A stretch of 64,000 nucleotides of DNA, taken from Takakia lepidozioides. Taxonomy: Eukaryota > Plantae > Bryophyta. The stretch covers positions 30,194,001-30,258,000 of the forward strand of contig CM060734.1 in the NCBI GenBank assembly GCA_030704615.1. The letters run 5' to 3'. Below the pieces are notes generated by a model. That model saw only the letters and a list, made by a program, of their open reading frames with translations. It was not told the origin of the DNA and did no database searches. Positions 11,402 through 24,829 of the stretch are shown here, piece by piece. The translations under genes and the position numbers were made by a program. Positions within the stretch are counted from its first letter, which is position 1; every line of letters begins with the position of its first letter.

Positions 11402-14202
11402 CTTTCAAATTCCTCAACTTCCATTCAGCATCCCATGAACCCCACATGCAGCCCGAGTGTTATTACAAGCACGTTATACTTTGGTAAATACTGTTGTTGG
11501 AATGAGGCAAAGCCCTCAAACCTTGGCCAAATGTTTATGCAAACCTCCTTAAACTGCTTGTGAGCTAAATGGGTTTGATGTGCATGCCAGGGCTAGCTCC
11601 ATCTCATTTTTTGGGGGACCCTTTGGGAGACAGATGGCTTACTCAGAAGTGCTTCAGCTTCCTCTGATTCACTGGCAAAAGATATATGGCTACCTCTGAA
11701 AGAAACAAACAATTTCAAACCTCACAATTGATGAATGGCTTCCCCTGCATCATCATGTACTCCCCTGGCACTAGTATCTGGCCCCCATGACACAACCCCA
11801 GAGAAAACAAAAGACATGTTCATTTCGAGAATTATCTCCAATAATCTTGTTTCGATACTCTTGCAAAGGTATCATGTTGCAATTGGGCTGTGTGTTCGAT
11901 AGAGAGTTTAATATATCAACTCTTAGACGTTGATACTCTTACAGTGGTATCATGTTTGGTATATGTACATAGCCATATATTGGCACTATAAGGGCTTGGC
12001 AGTATGAAATTGGTTAGTGTCTCAAGGTGCAGATGAAACATGCTAACATATTTAGATTGTAAGCAACACCCACCAGTCAAACTCATCCTCAGAAGAGATT
12101 GATACACAAAAATTTCTCAGGGTCGTTGGTGCGCAGGCTATCCTAAAATGTATTAGCAAACCACAGTACACAGTGTGGGCAGGTTGAAGACAAACCATGT
12201 GATCAAGCTCTTTCTTTCAGTGTATGTGTTGAGGAGCGTTTGGTAACCCACTCTACTACCCCTAAAGTTCTCTCCTCAAAACTCATGAGTCACCTGCACG
12301 TACACAAGAACTACAGCTTTAGCTAAAATGATATCTTTATCAATGATTGGGGAAACTCATGCCAATATGGGAATGTGCTTACTCATGGGCAGATCTTGTC
12401 ATTTGGTGATCCAAGAAGGCTTCCATCATACATAGCGCCACCACCGCTCCACCACCGCTCAACCCTAAACTTGTTGTTGCATTCTTCTCTCGTTACTTCT
12501 CGTCCTCCAACTGATTTGATCTTTTCACTTTTAGGGCACCTCTGCCCTAAAAACCCTTCATCACTTCATTTCTCTCTCCCTTTCCTCTCTCGCTCTCTCT
12601 CTAGTATATATCTCTCCTTTAGGGTACGCGACTCATGTCGTGACTTAGGCCTTACCACAAGCAAAGGATGGACGGGCAACAGGTATAGACGGGCCAGCAT
12701 GTATATTCATCTTATACTCTCGTATGTATATGTGTATACGATACATATACATATACATACACATGATAATATATTATATATATTATATACAAAACTGCGT
12801 TAAAAATTATAGATTACAATTCAATTGAATTGCAGTCAGCAATTCAATTGAATTGCAAATTAGGGTTAGTTCAATTGAATTGGCATCGCAATTCAATTGA
12901 ATTGGCATCTGATCAAGTGAATTGCGCTGCATTTCACATCAAGGCCTATTTGGAATTCCCTAAACACTCTCACCTTGGCAGGCTGTAATGTGGGCAGTCA
13001 CATTTATCTACATAAACACCCAAGGACGCCCCCCAACGCACACCCACACGTGGGATGCGTCGTATACACAAAAGCAAAGAGACAGACAGGTGAAGGCCAG
13101 GACTCCCCAAAGCATCCCTGCGATTTCCAAGCTAAGTTACTGCCCAGGTACGCCCTGATCTCTACCCTGTCCAGTCTCCATAACTTAACTTACTAGGTGC
13201 GAGTCGAGATCAGTCGAGACTCGAGACAGACCCATCGGATCCCAGTGGTATAAATTACATAAAAGTAAGACAGATGTGAAGATTTCACTAAAACACACGG
13301 GCATTGCGCACAACATTTCTGACTTGTTCACAGATCCCGACTGCCGGGGACTCCCAACTCCAAAGCTTGCAGCTCTCATTGCGAGCCGCTTGAGGCAAAG
13401 CTCGCATGGCGATTCCTCGCAGCGTTGGTGATGAATCTCCCGGTAGCAGCTGCCGACAAAGAGTGATCAGATTTGCGATCCGCAGATTTGAGCACAGGAT
13501 CATCTTCTCCGTGTAAGTACTGGACGAACAGACTCAGTAACGGCTCTGTACATCCAGGCTCATTCATCTGTGCTTCACGTTCCCGAACCCGTGATAAGAT
13601 CAACTTTTACACAATGGCACCTCCTTTCAGAAGGGACGGCTGAGATGTGAGATCAGTGTGGGGAGAGAAAGCACGAAAGCACCGACTGGTCTGGAGTGTC
13701 GACAAAGGGTACACTCGCAGTCGGGCGTTCCTCTCGGTCGTCCTCTCGGTGCAAGCCGCACGGTATGATGAGGGCATCGTGGCTGCTGCCGTCGCCAGTT
13801 TCACAAATTGGAATGCCTCTGGCATGCAGATCTGATTGTTCAGGTAAATTTTCATCCAGGTCTTTGGTTCGGTCTGCAGAGTGGGGAATGATTGATGGTG
13901 AAAATATGCTTGTTAGGCTTTTCCAGGTATCCCGATTTGGATCCTTGGAGTATTTTCTTGCTTGAGAAGATATATTTCGTGGAATCAGCTGTTAGAATTC
14001 GAGCTAGATGGAAGTATGGCTTGTGTTGAATGTGGGAAAGGCTGAAATTGTGTTTTGTTCAGAATTTTGGGCAGATTTTGAGTTGCTGCTTGGACTTGGA
14101 CGTAGGTCTATAAGATAGTTCCTCGTTTGTAATTGCGTTATTGGTGCAAATGCAGGTTGCAGAGTTGTTGCTTCCAATGCTGATGGTTGGACTCCCACTG
14201 GC

Positions 14203-17200
14203 ATGAGTAGCTGTGACCATCACAATTCATCAAGATGCACGAATCCAGAAGACATTGTTTTAGGAAAACCTAATGCCCGTGCGGGCTTAGTCCAAGTAAA
14301 AACATTCGTAGGGTTTAGAACAGTTAGCTGCCGTCCTTTGCACCCTGCATTAGTATGTACACAGCAGAATCAGCACAGTACATTATCAGGGAATTTCAGA
14401 ACACTGACGCAGAGAAACCCGGGGAGAAGACAGACAGGTTATGGCAATGTAGAATGGAGGCCAAGGATTCTCAAGCCTGCCATATCATTAGGACCACCAG
14501 AGAAGGAAGGCCAATCAAGGCTAAGAGTAAACATGAGTTGGCGCTCGGGATCCAAGACTGCAACAGAGACATCGCTTACGAGGACGACACTAGGAAATCC
14601 ATGGCGGGGCTTCTTCGAGCATGCAGGGTAGCTTATTCCTCTTGTTTTGAAACTCTTCTTTTCTCCTTAAAAGAGAAGGTGGATCAAGGCTGCACATAGC
14701 AACCTTAACACTAGTTTATATTCTGATTTCATGCTCTGGTTGATATTTTCTGTTGTACTTGTTGGGGGGATTGGATGAAGGGCTACCTGAGCAGTTGAAT
14801 ACCAAATGCTGCTAATCTTAGTGCTAGTCAATTTTCTGATTCAATCACCATGTTTGGAATTAGGTGAATTAGGAGATTGACTAGTTATTGCAAGCTCTTT
14901 GAGCATGGTGGCTAGACCTCCCTCTCTCATTTTGGTTGGGATCCTGTTCCACGGGTTTCAAATGCCCTGGTTGCACTTGGTCAATGTATTGGCTTCAGCA
15001 ACAAATGTTTATATGACTGCGTTACTTTTGTTCATGCTATCATAAGCGTCAGGCCACAGATACTTTGTGGATGTGGGGTTAATTTGTCAAAGTCAGCTGA
15101 CACATAGTTGTGGGCCTGATTGAACGGGGCACCAGTGATGACAAACTCAAAGGGGACGATATTCTGAGGGAGATTGCTGTGCTTGCCTTGCCGGCTATGA
15201 TAGCACAGGCTGCCGACCCAGTGGCCCAGCTTCTGGAGACAGCCTACGTAGGGCGCATAGGTACTATCAAAGAAAAACTACAAACAGCTAGATTGACACA
15301 TCACCTCCTCAGGAGACCTTGCCTCATTAGCATCGGGTCATTGGATGTGTGAAAGAAACCTTCATGACTGATATAGTTGGACTTGCAATGTTGACACCCT
15401 TCTGCAAAGTTTTCTTCCAGCAATGTGTTCAGGGCAGATGATCTTGGTCTGGAGATTGCATTGATTGCATTGCCGGCAGCATTAGCGCTGGCAGCCGACC
15501 CTCTTGCCTCTTTGGTGGACACCGCATTCATCGGGCAAATAGGTACCCCAGCCATTTAGATTCACAAATAGAGAGCATTTGCCAAAATTGGCCCAATTTC
15601 AGTAGAAAATGCAGAGTTCTTTTCAAGTGTGGTCTTTGATACTATAGTGCCAATCATGGCACAACTAAGTGGGAACTGGTCGTAAGTGCGTTGGTGTGCT
15701 GCGGTTTTTGACCTTTGGCTTTTACAGAGCTTCCTCACTGGCACAATAGCCCACTCGTTCAAGTGGCATACTTTTCTTCTTTTTGGCATACGGGCTTTTG
15801 TGTTTAACTCCATTTGAGAAGGAACGTGACATATGAACAACACCAGCAATTGGCCACATTTTGAAAGCAGATGTATGAGGAAGAAACATGAAAAAAATCA
15901 TCTGCCTTAATGCCCATATACAAATTTGTCTGCAAGGGTTTGCACATGAACACCTTGTCAAGCTCTTTGTGTACGCTGTTCCGTTGAGGCCAGAAGCAAG
16001 CTGAAGTTGGTTTTGTGCTTATGTTTGTTTCGTACCCTTGTGTACTTCTGGAGAAAGAGGGTTGAACTTCTGCAAATCTTGCTTTGTTCAGGTCCGGTGG
16101 AGCTGGCAGCAGTGGGTGTCTCAATCTCAGTGTTCAATTTGGTGTCCAAGATGTTCAACATTCCTCTTCTGAATGTCACAACATCGTTTGTGGCCGAAGA
16201 TGATTCTGACGAAGAAGTTGTCAATGGTATGCCCTTGGAGCCTGCCTCACCAACTTCCGCTGCATTGCTCTCCACTAAAGGTGAGCAGGATAAGAAACTG
16301 CAATGCAATTTGTTCAGCTTCAAGTTATGTTGTCTATCCTATCCTCAGCTTTTTTGTTGAATGGTTGGCTGGAACAACACTCTGCACTTTCTTTCTAACT
16401 GGCTCTATATCTTATGACGACTCAGTAAGGCAAGTCTTTACATGCTAAGCTTGCCCCCCATAATCTCCCTTTTGAGTGTGTTTGTATAGAGTTGCCAGAT
16501 GCAGAGTTGAAGGAAGAACATGGAAGTTTGGACTCAGAAAGGAGAGAATCAGGAAAGCGGGTCCTTCCATCAGTCTCATCGGCACTAGTTCTTGCAACCT
16601 TCCTGGGGGTGGGTGAAGCATGTGTGCTGGCCTTTTGGGCAGGGCCTGTGTTGTCTGTCATGGGCGTAAACACAGTAAGTCTGCCACAAGTGCTCCCTTA
16701 GCTTTTAGGGGAACCTGTGTCTACTGAATACAATATGAATCAGTCATGTATGGATAAACGTATCTCACTGGAAATGGAAGGATGTTACACAACTACTAAA
16801 ATGCTACACACTTTGGTCACATTGTGATAACGCTGGATGCTGCAAGGGTCTTTGAACTGTTACATTCGCGCTCAAAGTGTCTGGCATGCTCCCAGGATGA
16901 AGCTAGCTGGAAGCAAGTAACATAACTTGTCATTGTCAAATAAGCTTCTGGTCTCCATGACCATGCCTGCTCTGGGGAGAGGATCCAAAATTGGGGGAAG
17001 ATCCACCTTCGTGATGCTATTTTGTATCTAGCAGATCACGTCGCTAGGCTGATAGACGGAATTGACTTTGTAGCTCATTGTTGAACGTGTCTTGATTCTG
17101 TAGAATGCAGCCTGCAGGAATTGACATGATGTAAGGTCTCTGGCACTGTGAGGGTGGAAACAGATGTCACCCATGCGTACTCCAGCTGTACAGTATCTGG

Positions 17201-20200
17201 CATTACGCGCTATAGGGGCTCCTGCTGTGGTGATCTCACTTGCCATACAGGGTGTATTTCGGGGGTTCAAAGATACCACGACTCCACTTTATGCCAGCTG
17301 TGAGAAAGCTGAATCTTTCCTGCTTGTACTTAGATTTGCTATCAGTGTGACCACGGAGGGAGCACGAAGATCTATGAGATATTAACTCCAATTATTGCCC
17401 TATGACTCTCTTAAACTTCTCATGCAAAATAATAGCAAAAACATTGGCAATGCAGCTGCAGAAGATTGTTCCCAGCATAATTAGACGGGCCTAAACTGGA
17501 TTCATTTGGGACATGGGGGTGGTGTTGTCATTAGTTGGTAGAATGTTTGACATGAAGTGTGAATTGTAATTTGTTGGTGGCAATTACAGTGGCAGGGAAC
17601 GCAATCAACATTGTTTTGGACCCCATACTCATGTTCTCACTGAAGTTTGGTGTGAGCGGGGCTGCAGTGGCAACTGTGGCTTCACAGTAAGTTGACAAAC
17701 TCCTGTCTTGGCAGATGGAGTTTGTTTTGTCCTTGATATCTGTAATAGTATAGCTATCAAGACCATGTCTCCCTCCTCATCATATCAGGGGTTAACATCT
17801 CACCGGTTAACATCTCTTGCAGGTATGCTATTGCAGGAATGCTTTTATGGAAGTTAAATAGGCGTGTCGTACTCTTACCATCGTTGAAAGATCTGCGTTT
17901 TGATCGTTTCTTGAAATCAGGTAAGCAGCTCTTTTTCACATAATGTTTCTGTTATGCAGGGCTAAACAGTGAAAGCAGACAATGTCAAGCAAGGATTTTG
18001 TTGTCACTTTGCAGCATTAGCGTATTGTTTGGGTAAAGAGTTCCTATGTTACAATGTCATTACTATGAACTTTAGCATTGAGCTTCTTACCTCAATGACA
18101 CGCATGTGGATGAAGGTTGTTACGTAACATACACTTGAATCCTGCTTTCACTTTCTTCTGGCCAGACTGATAAGTGTAACTGGCCATGCAAGCACAGCCA
18201 CATCTGTGTAGCACAGTTGCCCCTGATATACTCGTGGTACAAGGACTTCGTCTCTCTTCACACCACCAACCATGCTCATCTCTCACAATCCATATACTTG
18301 AATTTACGTTCTGCCATGATCACTACTTGGATCAATCTATGCATAACAAACGTGAGAAATACGTCGCACTTATCTTGGCCCTTAGACAACGCGACTCACA
18401 AACCGCCCCCTTCACTATCATTACTCGAGGTGCCCGTGGCGGGGTTCATTGCTGCCTTTGAAACAAAACCTTGGCCTAACCCACGCCATATCTTTGTTCC
18501 CTCCATCTCACTGCCATTAGGTCCCTCACAGCACTCATCCTCAACAAATGCAAGATAGAAAGCGGGAAGCTGACGCTTTGTAGGCAGACCCCCACTTATA
18601 TATATTTCAATATAGAGCCCACACCTGAAAGGGGGCAGTACCCGAAAGGGGAAGAGGCTCTTATTTACGCTAACTTCAGTTGGCGTCCTGTCTCTCTCTC
18701 TAGCACAGTTGCAGTGCTAGTGTGAAGGCAATGCTTTCTGGTGTGATCATGACACTTCCCTAGGTTGCCATCAGCTGTTCACACCATGGTGCGACTGGCT
18801 GAATTTTGCACCATGGTGGATTAAATACCTGTCAGCAAGGTCCGCAAGGTTTAAGGGCCAAGTAAGGTGCCTTCAATGGCATGTGACAGCCAATGTTCAT
18901 AGGAAATGGTAAATGAGCACATCTCTCTCTCTCTTCGTGTGGCTATAGCTTTTGGGGTAAACGCTCAACTCAAACTTTTAAACTGTAAACAAACTGTCAG
19001 GAAACCTATCAGGGTGCTAGATACGTCATCTTTGTTAAATTCTTTGTCTGGCTACGCATTAAATACAGGTGGGTACTTACTGGGGCGGACGATTGCCCTC
19101 CTCGTTGTCATGACACTTGCAACATCCATGGCAGCAAGGCAGGGAGCCATCCCCATGGCTGCCCATCAGGTCTGCATGCAAATTTGGTTGGCGGCATCTT
19201 TACTCTCAGACTCCCTGGCTCTTGCTGGTCAGGTGCGTGTTGAGATGTGTAGACAATACTCGCTCCTTTATTTTTAGGGTTTCCTTCAGGTAAATTTAAA
19301 AGGGTTGGCAACAACTGAGATTAAGCTAAAATAGCTAGCAGGAAAGACCTCACTATGAATTTTGTATTTTCCAGATTGGACACCAGTTGGCTGTTAAGTG
19401 CCGCTGAATCAGCAAGCCCATGTGTTGCGTCAGGGTCAGTCTTTGGTCCAGGATGCCAGGTCGTTCTCTCAGGAATATGAAGTCACTAATAACCAATCCT
19501 CTGCTTTTGAAGGCAGTTTGTCAGAAGCCAGTTCTACAGGTTTTTGAGACTGTGCATTTGTAGGAGTTGTTTGTCTCTCAGATGTTCATGTCACTAAAGT
19601 GGCTCCATATACAGGGTATGCTTTGCATCTCCTTTTGAAGAACACAGGAACCGTTGTCCCGTAGTATTACATGACTTTTCAGCCTTTGTTCTATTCAAAA
19701 TCAAGAACAAGATTCTACAGTCTTATGTGGGGTGTTCTCTTCAGGCCACTTATGTTAGGTTCTGTCTCTCTCTCCCTCTCTTTCTTCCCAAACTATGTAT
19801 TGGGTGAGTCCTCCCGTGTTATTCGGGGTCTAATTGGACGGCATCTTTTTATTGTTTCTTTTTCAACTTCATTGTCTTGATGTGTTCGTTTTCATGTTTG
19901 AAAGCTTTTGTTTACAGTGGATACTGACTGTCTCATTTCAACTTTAGTTACCTCTCAACTATGAGTTCAGAGTTTATTAGGCTCTCACATTGAGATATGC
20001 TTTTGAAAGCAGGTATGCAGCCAAGTGGTTAGGACACAAGGCTGCCTTACAAGTGGTCCGGGGTTCAAAAGCACATAGGTGTATGTTGGATGTCATCCAT
20101 TTTAGCCAACCCATAAAAGGGGGTCGACCGGTCACCTAATGTTTAGGTACCTGGGGGCTCTTAGGTTTGTTGCCCTGGTTACAGCTGTTAGAAGGTGTCC

Positions 20201-22165
20201 ACTTCCCATCAGAAGGCCCATAATTTACGCTTGCTTCAGTGGAGTCAACCCTTTTGCTGGATCAGCTCCAAGACTGACTGTGTGTGGTTTGACTGTGTTT
20301 GTTGGAATGCTGTTGATATATCAGGCGATAATTGCTAGTGCCTTTGCCAAACATGACTTGAAGCGTGCAAAAGAGGCCACCTTCCGTGTTCTACAGGTTG
20401 GTATCCCGCATTCATGCATGACTGATATTTGTGATTGATGTGCAGGAATATGTAACTTAACTTTTCAACTCGGAAACGATGGACATCTTAAATGCTACAA
20501 TATGTTATCAGACTCCTCAGTGATTTTGTGTTTCAAGATTAAGACAGCTTGTAATAGTGACACTTAGGTGGGTGACTACCAACAGCCATGTTCTAACTGT
20601 CTGTGTTTTTATCTCTGTGATTCTGACAGGGATCCCTTTTATGTCATTTGGGAGCAGATTGGATTGGCATTTGGATTGTTCATGGCTCTGGTCCTGGGAG
20701 TGGGTATGCCTGCCTTCTCTAGGGTATTTACTAAGGACACTGGCGTCCTAGAAGTCATGGCACTCCTTATTCCGGTATGCTATTGCTTTTGGAGTCCTGT
20801 GGTTGAAAAACTATTGGATAAGTCTTATTTCCTTCAGTTCTGCTAGTAACCATATCATTCTGGCAAGGCATGACAGTATCTATCTCATCACCAATTTTCT
20901 GTATGATGTTCCAGGTTTGCTGGATAATACATCGGTAAAATGTTTGATCCAGTGTACGTTTCTGCAGTTTTGGGTTTGAAGTGCCTTTCATCTTTAACTG
21001 GGGCAATGTACCCTCTTACTTTCACCTACATGTATTTGGTATCTTGCAGTTTGTGGCTGTGACACAACCAATCAACGCACTCGCATTTGTATTTGATGGT
21101 CTTCATTATGGGGCTTCGGACTTTGCATATGCAGCATACAGTATGGTGAGACAGCTTTGCTTTCCTAGTCCTGTCCCCAAAATAGAAACCACTTTTAGCA
21201 GATGTCAATTTTAATTCCTGTTCATAGTTGGGTTGAATTACGTTGATCATGTTATGCTATAGGTGGACCAGGATTGAGATTCTTTTAGTGATTCAAATGG
21301 CTGTTGTGCTCTGCCCACCAGGTTTTGAGTGGCTATGGAAACAGATGTCAGCTATGGAAAGGTTACTTACTGGGGTGCTGAAACATGTGTGCAGATACTA
21401 CTTGCGATCCCAGCTACCTTAGTCCTGCTGTTTCTTCCAAACATATGGGGCCTTCCTGCAGTGTGGATGGGGCTTACAGTCGTCATGAGCCTCCGTATGT
21501 TTGCTGGATTTCTGAGGTTTGTTGACCCTGCTACAAGCATCCCCATCCTGGTCAGTCAAGGCTATTAGAGTACAAGTGCAAACACAAGGAGCAGTCTGCC
21601 CTGGCCACATTGGTGTGGTATTATCAGTACTTGCTATATTGATTTGTATGGCAGGACCATCTGGGTTAGTAGAGAGTACCACTTATCTTAACCAGGCCTT
21701 CAGCCTCCCCATGTTCTTTGGAATATGTATGATGGCCAAACGGCAAAAGGGCAGGGAGTGGGTGGTCTGGAATTCAAATCCCGTCACCAAATTCCACCAA
21801 CCCATAGTCATATCAATGAGACGAGGATTTTTCCAGCAGGTTCATCTTATGATTACTGTGCACTGAAGTGCATGGCTGCTACTGTAGGTGCTCCTTTTGT
21901 CTATTTTTGAAAGAAGTTGACCCTGACAAGGTGGGATGTGAGCTGCTCTGAAGAACTCCCAGTTTCAGGCTTAAATTCCATGTCAACATAACAAAGTTAT
22001 CACATGGAATTATTGATTTCTAGTCATAGTAAGAGATTGGATGATGGTAGTTTCTCTCGTCTTTCTAACTTTTTCAATGTCCTGTATATCTGCAGGCTAG
22101 GAAGTCCGATGGGGCCTTGGCACTTTTTGACACAAGAGCTAGAGGATAGTCAACCTGAGTTGTGA
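14203..22165 (+). CDS. MATE efflux transporter (DETOXIFICATION 42-45 group, probable plastid transit peptide)
   Basis: Exons 14203-14628, alternative 15136-15260 or 15421-15542, ~16092-16280 (GPVELAAVGVSISVFN), ~16490-16674, 17164-~17299 (QGVFRGFKDTTTP), ~17590-17687, ~17823-17920, ~19069-19232 (MAAHQVCMQIWLA), ~20325-20396, ~20658-20774, 21050-~21145 (QPINALAFVFDG), ~21394-21516, 22096-22165 (GPW, stop). Confidence 0.93.
18090..18560 (+). mobile_element. 3' remnant of an RLE-type non-LTR retrotransposon in a MATE intron
   Basis: PDILVVQG...IHILEFTFCHD...KREKYVALILAL is a PD-(D/E)xK restriction-like endonuclease signature; similar to the copy at ~37780-38400. Confidence 0.65.
20015..20275 (+). 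mobile_element. tRNA-derived SINE-like element in a MATE intron
   Basis: A-box-like agccaagtggt and B-box-like ggttcaaa. The downstream cores aaggtgtccac.t.cc...c.gaaggc and tac.cttgcttc.g are shared with ~31755-31915. Confidence 0.45.
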
Positions 22166-23399
22166 AAGTAACGTCTCATCGCTGGAGCCTGGGAAATGCA
22201 GCTTTCCCTTACATCTCTTGAAACAAGAGGGACAAGATTGTGAACCAGAGTTGTAAAAATAGGTATAGCCACCCATCTCCACAGCGACACAAATTCAGTA
22301 GTTGGGAGGGATGTGCATTTCCACCTGAGTTGGTCGGTAAAGTGGTGCAAATCTGACTATGGCCTCTACACCTGATGCCATGGCACCATCTGGAGTAAAA
22401 GAACAAGAAAAGATGTGTGTTCCCTCTTTGTGGCAATCTCAGGGAATAGTAACGAAATCCTGCATTGTTATGAGGTGCGGGGTTGCATATTGACATTATT
22501 CCGCAATTTGTGATTGTGAATAGCACAGGATGTACATTGTCAAACTCCAATCCATTTTTGAAGTGCAGAGTGTGTGCTAACACTAAATCAGAAAGAAGTT
22601 ATGCTTGAGTGGGCTAGTGGGATCTCCAATGCCACTCCCTTAGTGCTGCGTAAGTGCAAATTAGCTTGATTGTATGTACAAACGCACCTGGCATCTTGCA
22701 GCTTTCTATTCAAGTCTCAGTAGGAAGGCCACGGTAGTGGGACTTACCTTGGTAGAAATGAATGAAATGAAATGAAATGAAATGGTACTTCAGATGTCAG
22801 TGGAAAGTTCCAAGACTCATGGGACAAGAGGAAGAAAGAAATAAGAAAGAGAGGGGCCCTCCACAAGCAGCCCAAAAGCAACTATGATGGTAAACCCACG
22901 CTGATAACCTAATGCAGGTAAGCTGCCAAGCATTTCTGGTCCTCGAAAGGAAGAGCTTTCTGAGGAATTGGGTATCACGGGGTACTTAGACAATTGAATC
23001 TGCCACGGATCCATTGAAAGAAGAAATGCTCTTCATATGTGGTCCTCATTCCGCAGACTGTAGAGTGCCAATAAGCCCCCCAAGTTTGGGTGGGCCCTGT
23101 TCATTCTGAATTAGCGTGGTCCAGGAATTAGAGTGGGGGGGTTATATAATAAGGCATATGCAGAGGGATTTCAAGAAATGAAGGGGTCCAAAAAAAGACG
23201 GCAGGAACGTGATACCTATTAAATCGAGGATGGTTCAGGGCCGCGATTTGTCTCGATTGTTCAGAATGATCGTTCTAGAAAACTACATGCAGGGTGACGG
23301 GTGGTATGGAAGGACGAACAGATCAGGTCGCAAGGAGAGAGTGCATGAGAATATGAACGCGATAGAGACATGGCGATGCTGCCAGATGCAAAACAAAGG

Positions 23400-24090
23400 A
23401 CAAATTTTTACAAACTAGCGTCACCATAGGTGTTGGAGGAGCAGATGTCCCTGAAGATTCTCGGGCAAATATGGACGACTTTCTGCAGGAAGCTTGTGTG
23501 GCTGGATCGTGCGCGTTGGAAAAGGGTGGCACCCTCTTGCATCTACATCTGCAAATGGTTTGTCAGGTATATACTTCAAGTATCCAAATGTTGAACATAC
23601 TCATAAAAAAGAAATTAGGATGTAGATCCAAAAGCTGCGCCTCCCGGTCATCCGGTTCATTGCAAATTATTGGGAGAGAGGGGTCTTCATACATTTGTTG
23701 GCATGGTGGGCTACTATCTCAAAGACAACAATGAACCGCACTTCTGGTTTGTGCATAAGGGTATTGTAGCTCAGCATATGCAACAGTGCATGGACGAATA
23801 TGTCAAGTTTGGTGCATTTGCCTCAATGTGTCATTTCTCCCAATTGTATATTGAAAGATGGGAGGAATATTTGTATACATTGTCGTGGAATCTCACCACG
23901 AACCTTTTTCGCCTCTTTGCAAGTTCTTGCATCCTGCACTTGGGAAAGTGAGCTCTCACGGTGTCTCCCGAAATGTGAGCATGCACTCCCTTCCACGAGC
24001 CATCAGTGAGCAGGGCGTTAGGTACATTGACAAACGTGCGTGGACAAAGGCCCTGCTTGACAAGATCCAGGGCACATCCCAATGAGCGTC
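23400..24090 (+). mobile_element. Replitron-type HUH endonuclease transposase remnant (frameshifted)
   Basis: SVTIGVGGADV...ALEKGGTLLHLHLQMV (HUH motif, ~23540) then, in another frame, LHTFVGMVGYYLKD (catalytic Tyr motif, ~23712). No helicase is seen. Confidence 0.75.
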
Positions 24091-24829
24091 AGCAAATGAA
24101 CCCCAGATTATTTACATGGCCATTACACATCATTTCTCTCACAGTTGGTCGCTCCAAAAGATTTCCTCCCCACCCGGTGGCGGAATTGGGTTTACTGTCC
24201 GATGAGGCCATGAAAGAGAGGCCCCTGGGAGAATCATTCTGCACGCCTTGTTGACCCGCAAGACCTTGGCTGGAGCGTTAGTCGAGCACCCTTAATTCCA
24301 AGGACCAACAGGGGGTATGATCCTAGGAAGGACCAGCCTTCAGAATGTCGGAAAGCACTGCATCAACGTGACTAGAGATCAATTTCCAGCTTCTAGCACT
24401 CATCCTAGAACTTAGAAACTCTGAGAGTTGCAAAGGTCGTGATATGCAACGGTCATGGAACTCTTTCCACTAGTTCTACCTGAAGATCGTGAACCCGCAC
24501 ATGGTATCACAGATCAACCAAAAAAAGGAATAGCAGGGGACCGAAAGTCCACACATTACCCTTACATTAGCCCTAAAAAGTAGTACAGACGAGAGGCTCA
24601 ATGACACGACCCGCTGCGGCCCCGTTTTCACGTTGTATGAATGCCAGAAACAGTTTATAGCACAGTAAAGCTTTGATATCAATACAAAAAAATAACAGCA
24701 CATGAGTCCGAATGTGCACTTTGAGCATACAAGTCCGGATCTTAGACGTTTTTAAGCCTGCCCTGAGCACAAACTGATAAAGTTAGACTTCTGGGACAAC
24801 AAATGGAGATTAAATATGGACAATCACAC

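Larger units (their letters stand above)
7966..12962. mobile_element. Non-autonomous Pack-type DNA transposon with ~355-bp TIRs and 6-bp TSD
   Basis: 7966-~8318 is a near-perfect reverse complement of ~12602-12962 (TAGGGAATTCC...GGAATTCCCTA). AACACT flanks both ends (7960-7965, 12963-12968). The interior holds gene fragments and no recognisable transposase. Confidence 0.9.

Noticed and set aside
11420-11700. Possible GARP/Myb-like captured fragment (KMRWS...HKQF) on the minus strand
   Set aside because: Too short and interrupted to support.
12300-12430. Possible kinase-like fragment (VHKN...FINDWG)
   Set aside because: Only a faint motif resemblance, with an internal stop.
13614-14205. Short upstream ORFs in the presumed MATE 5' leader
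   Set aside because: The transcription start is unknown and conservation cannot be assessed from the sequence alone.
20015-20080. Functional tRNA gene
   Set aside because: Box motifs are present but no complete cloverleaf; treated as SINE-like.
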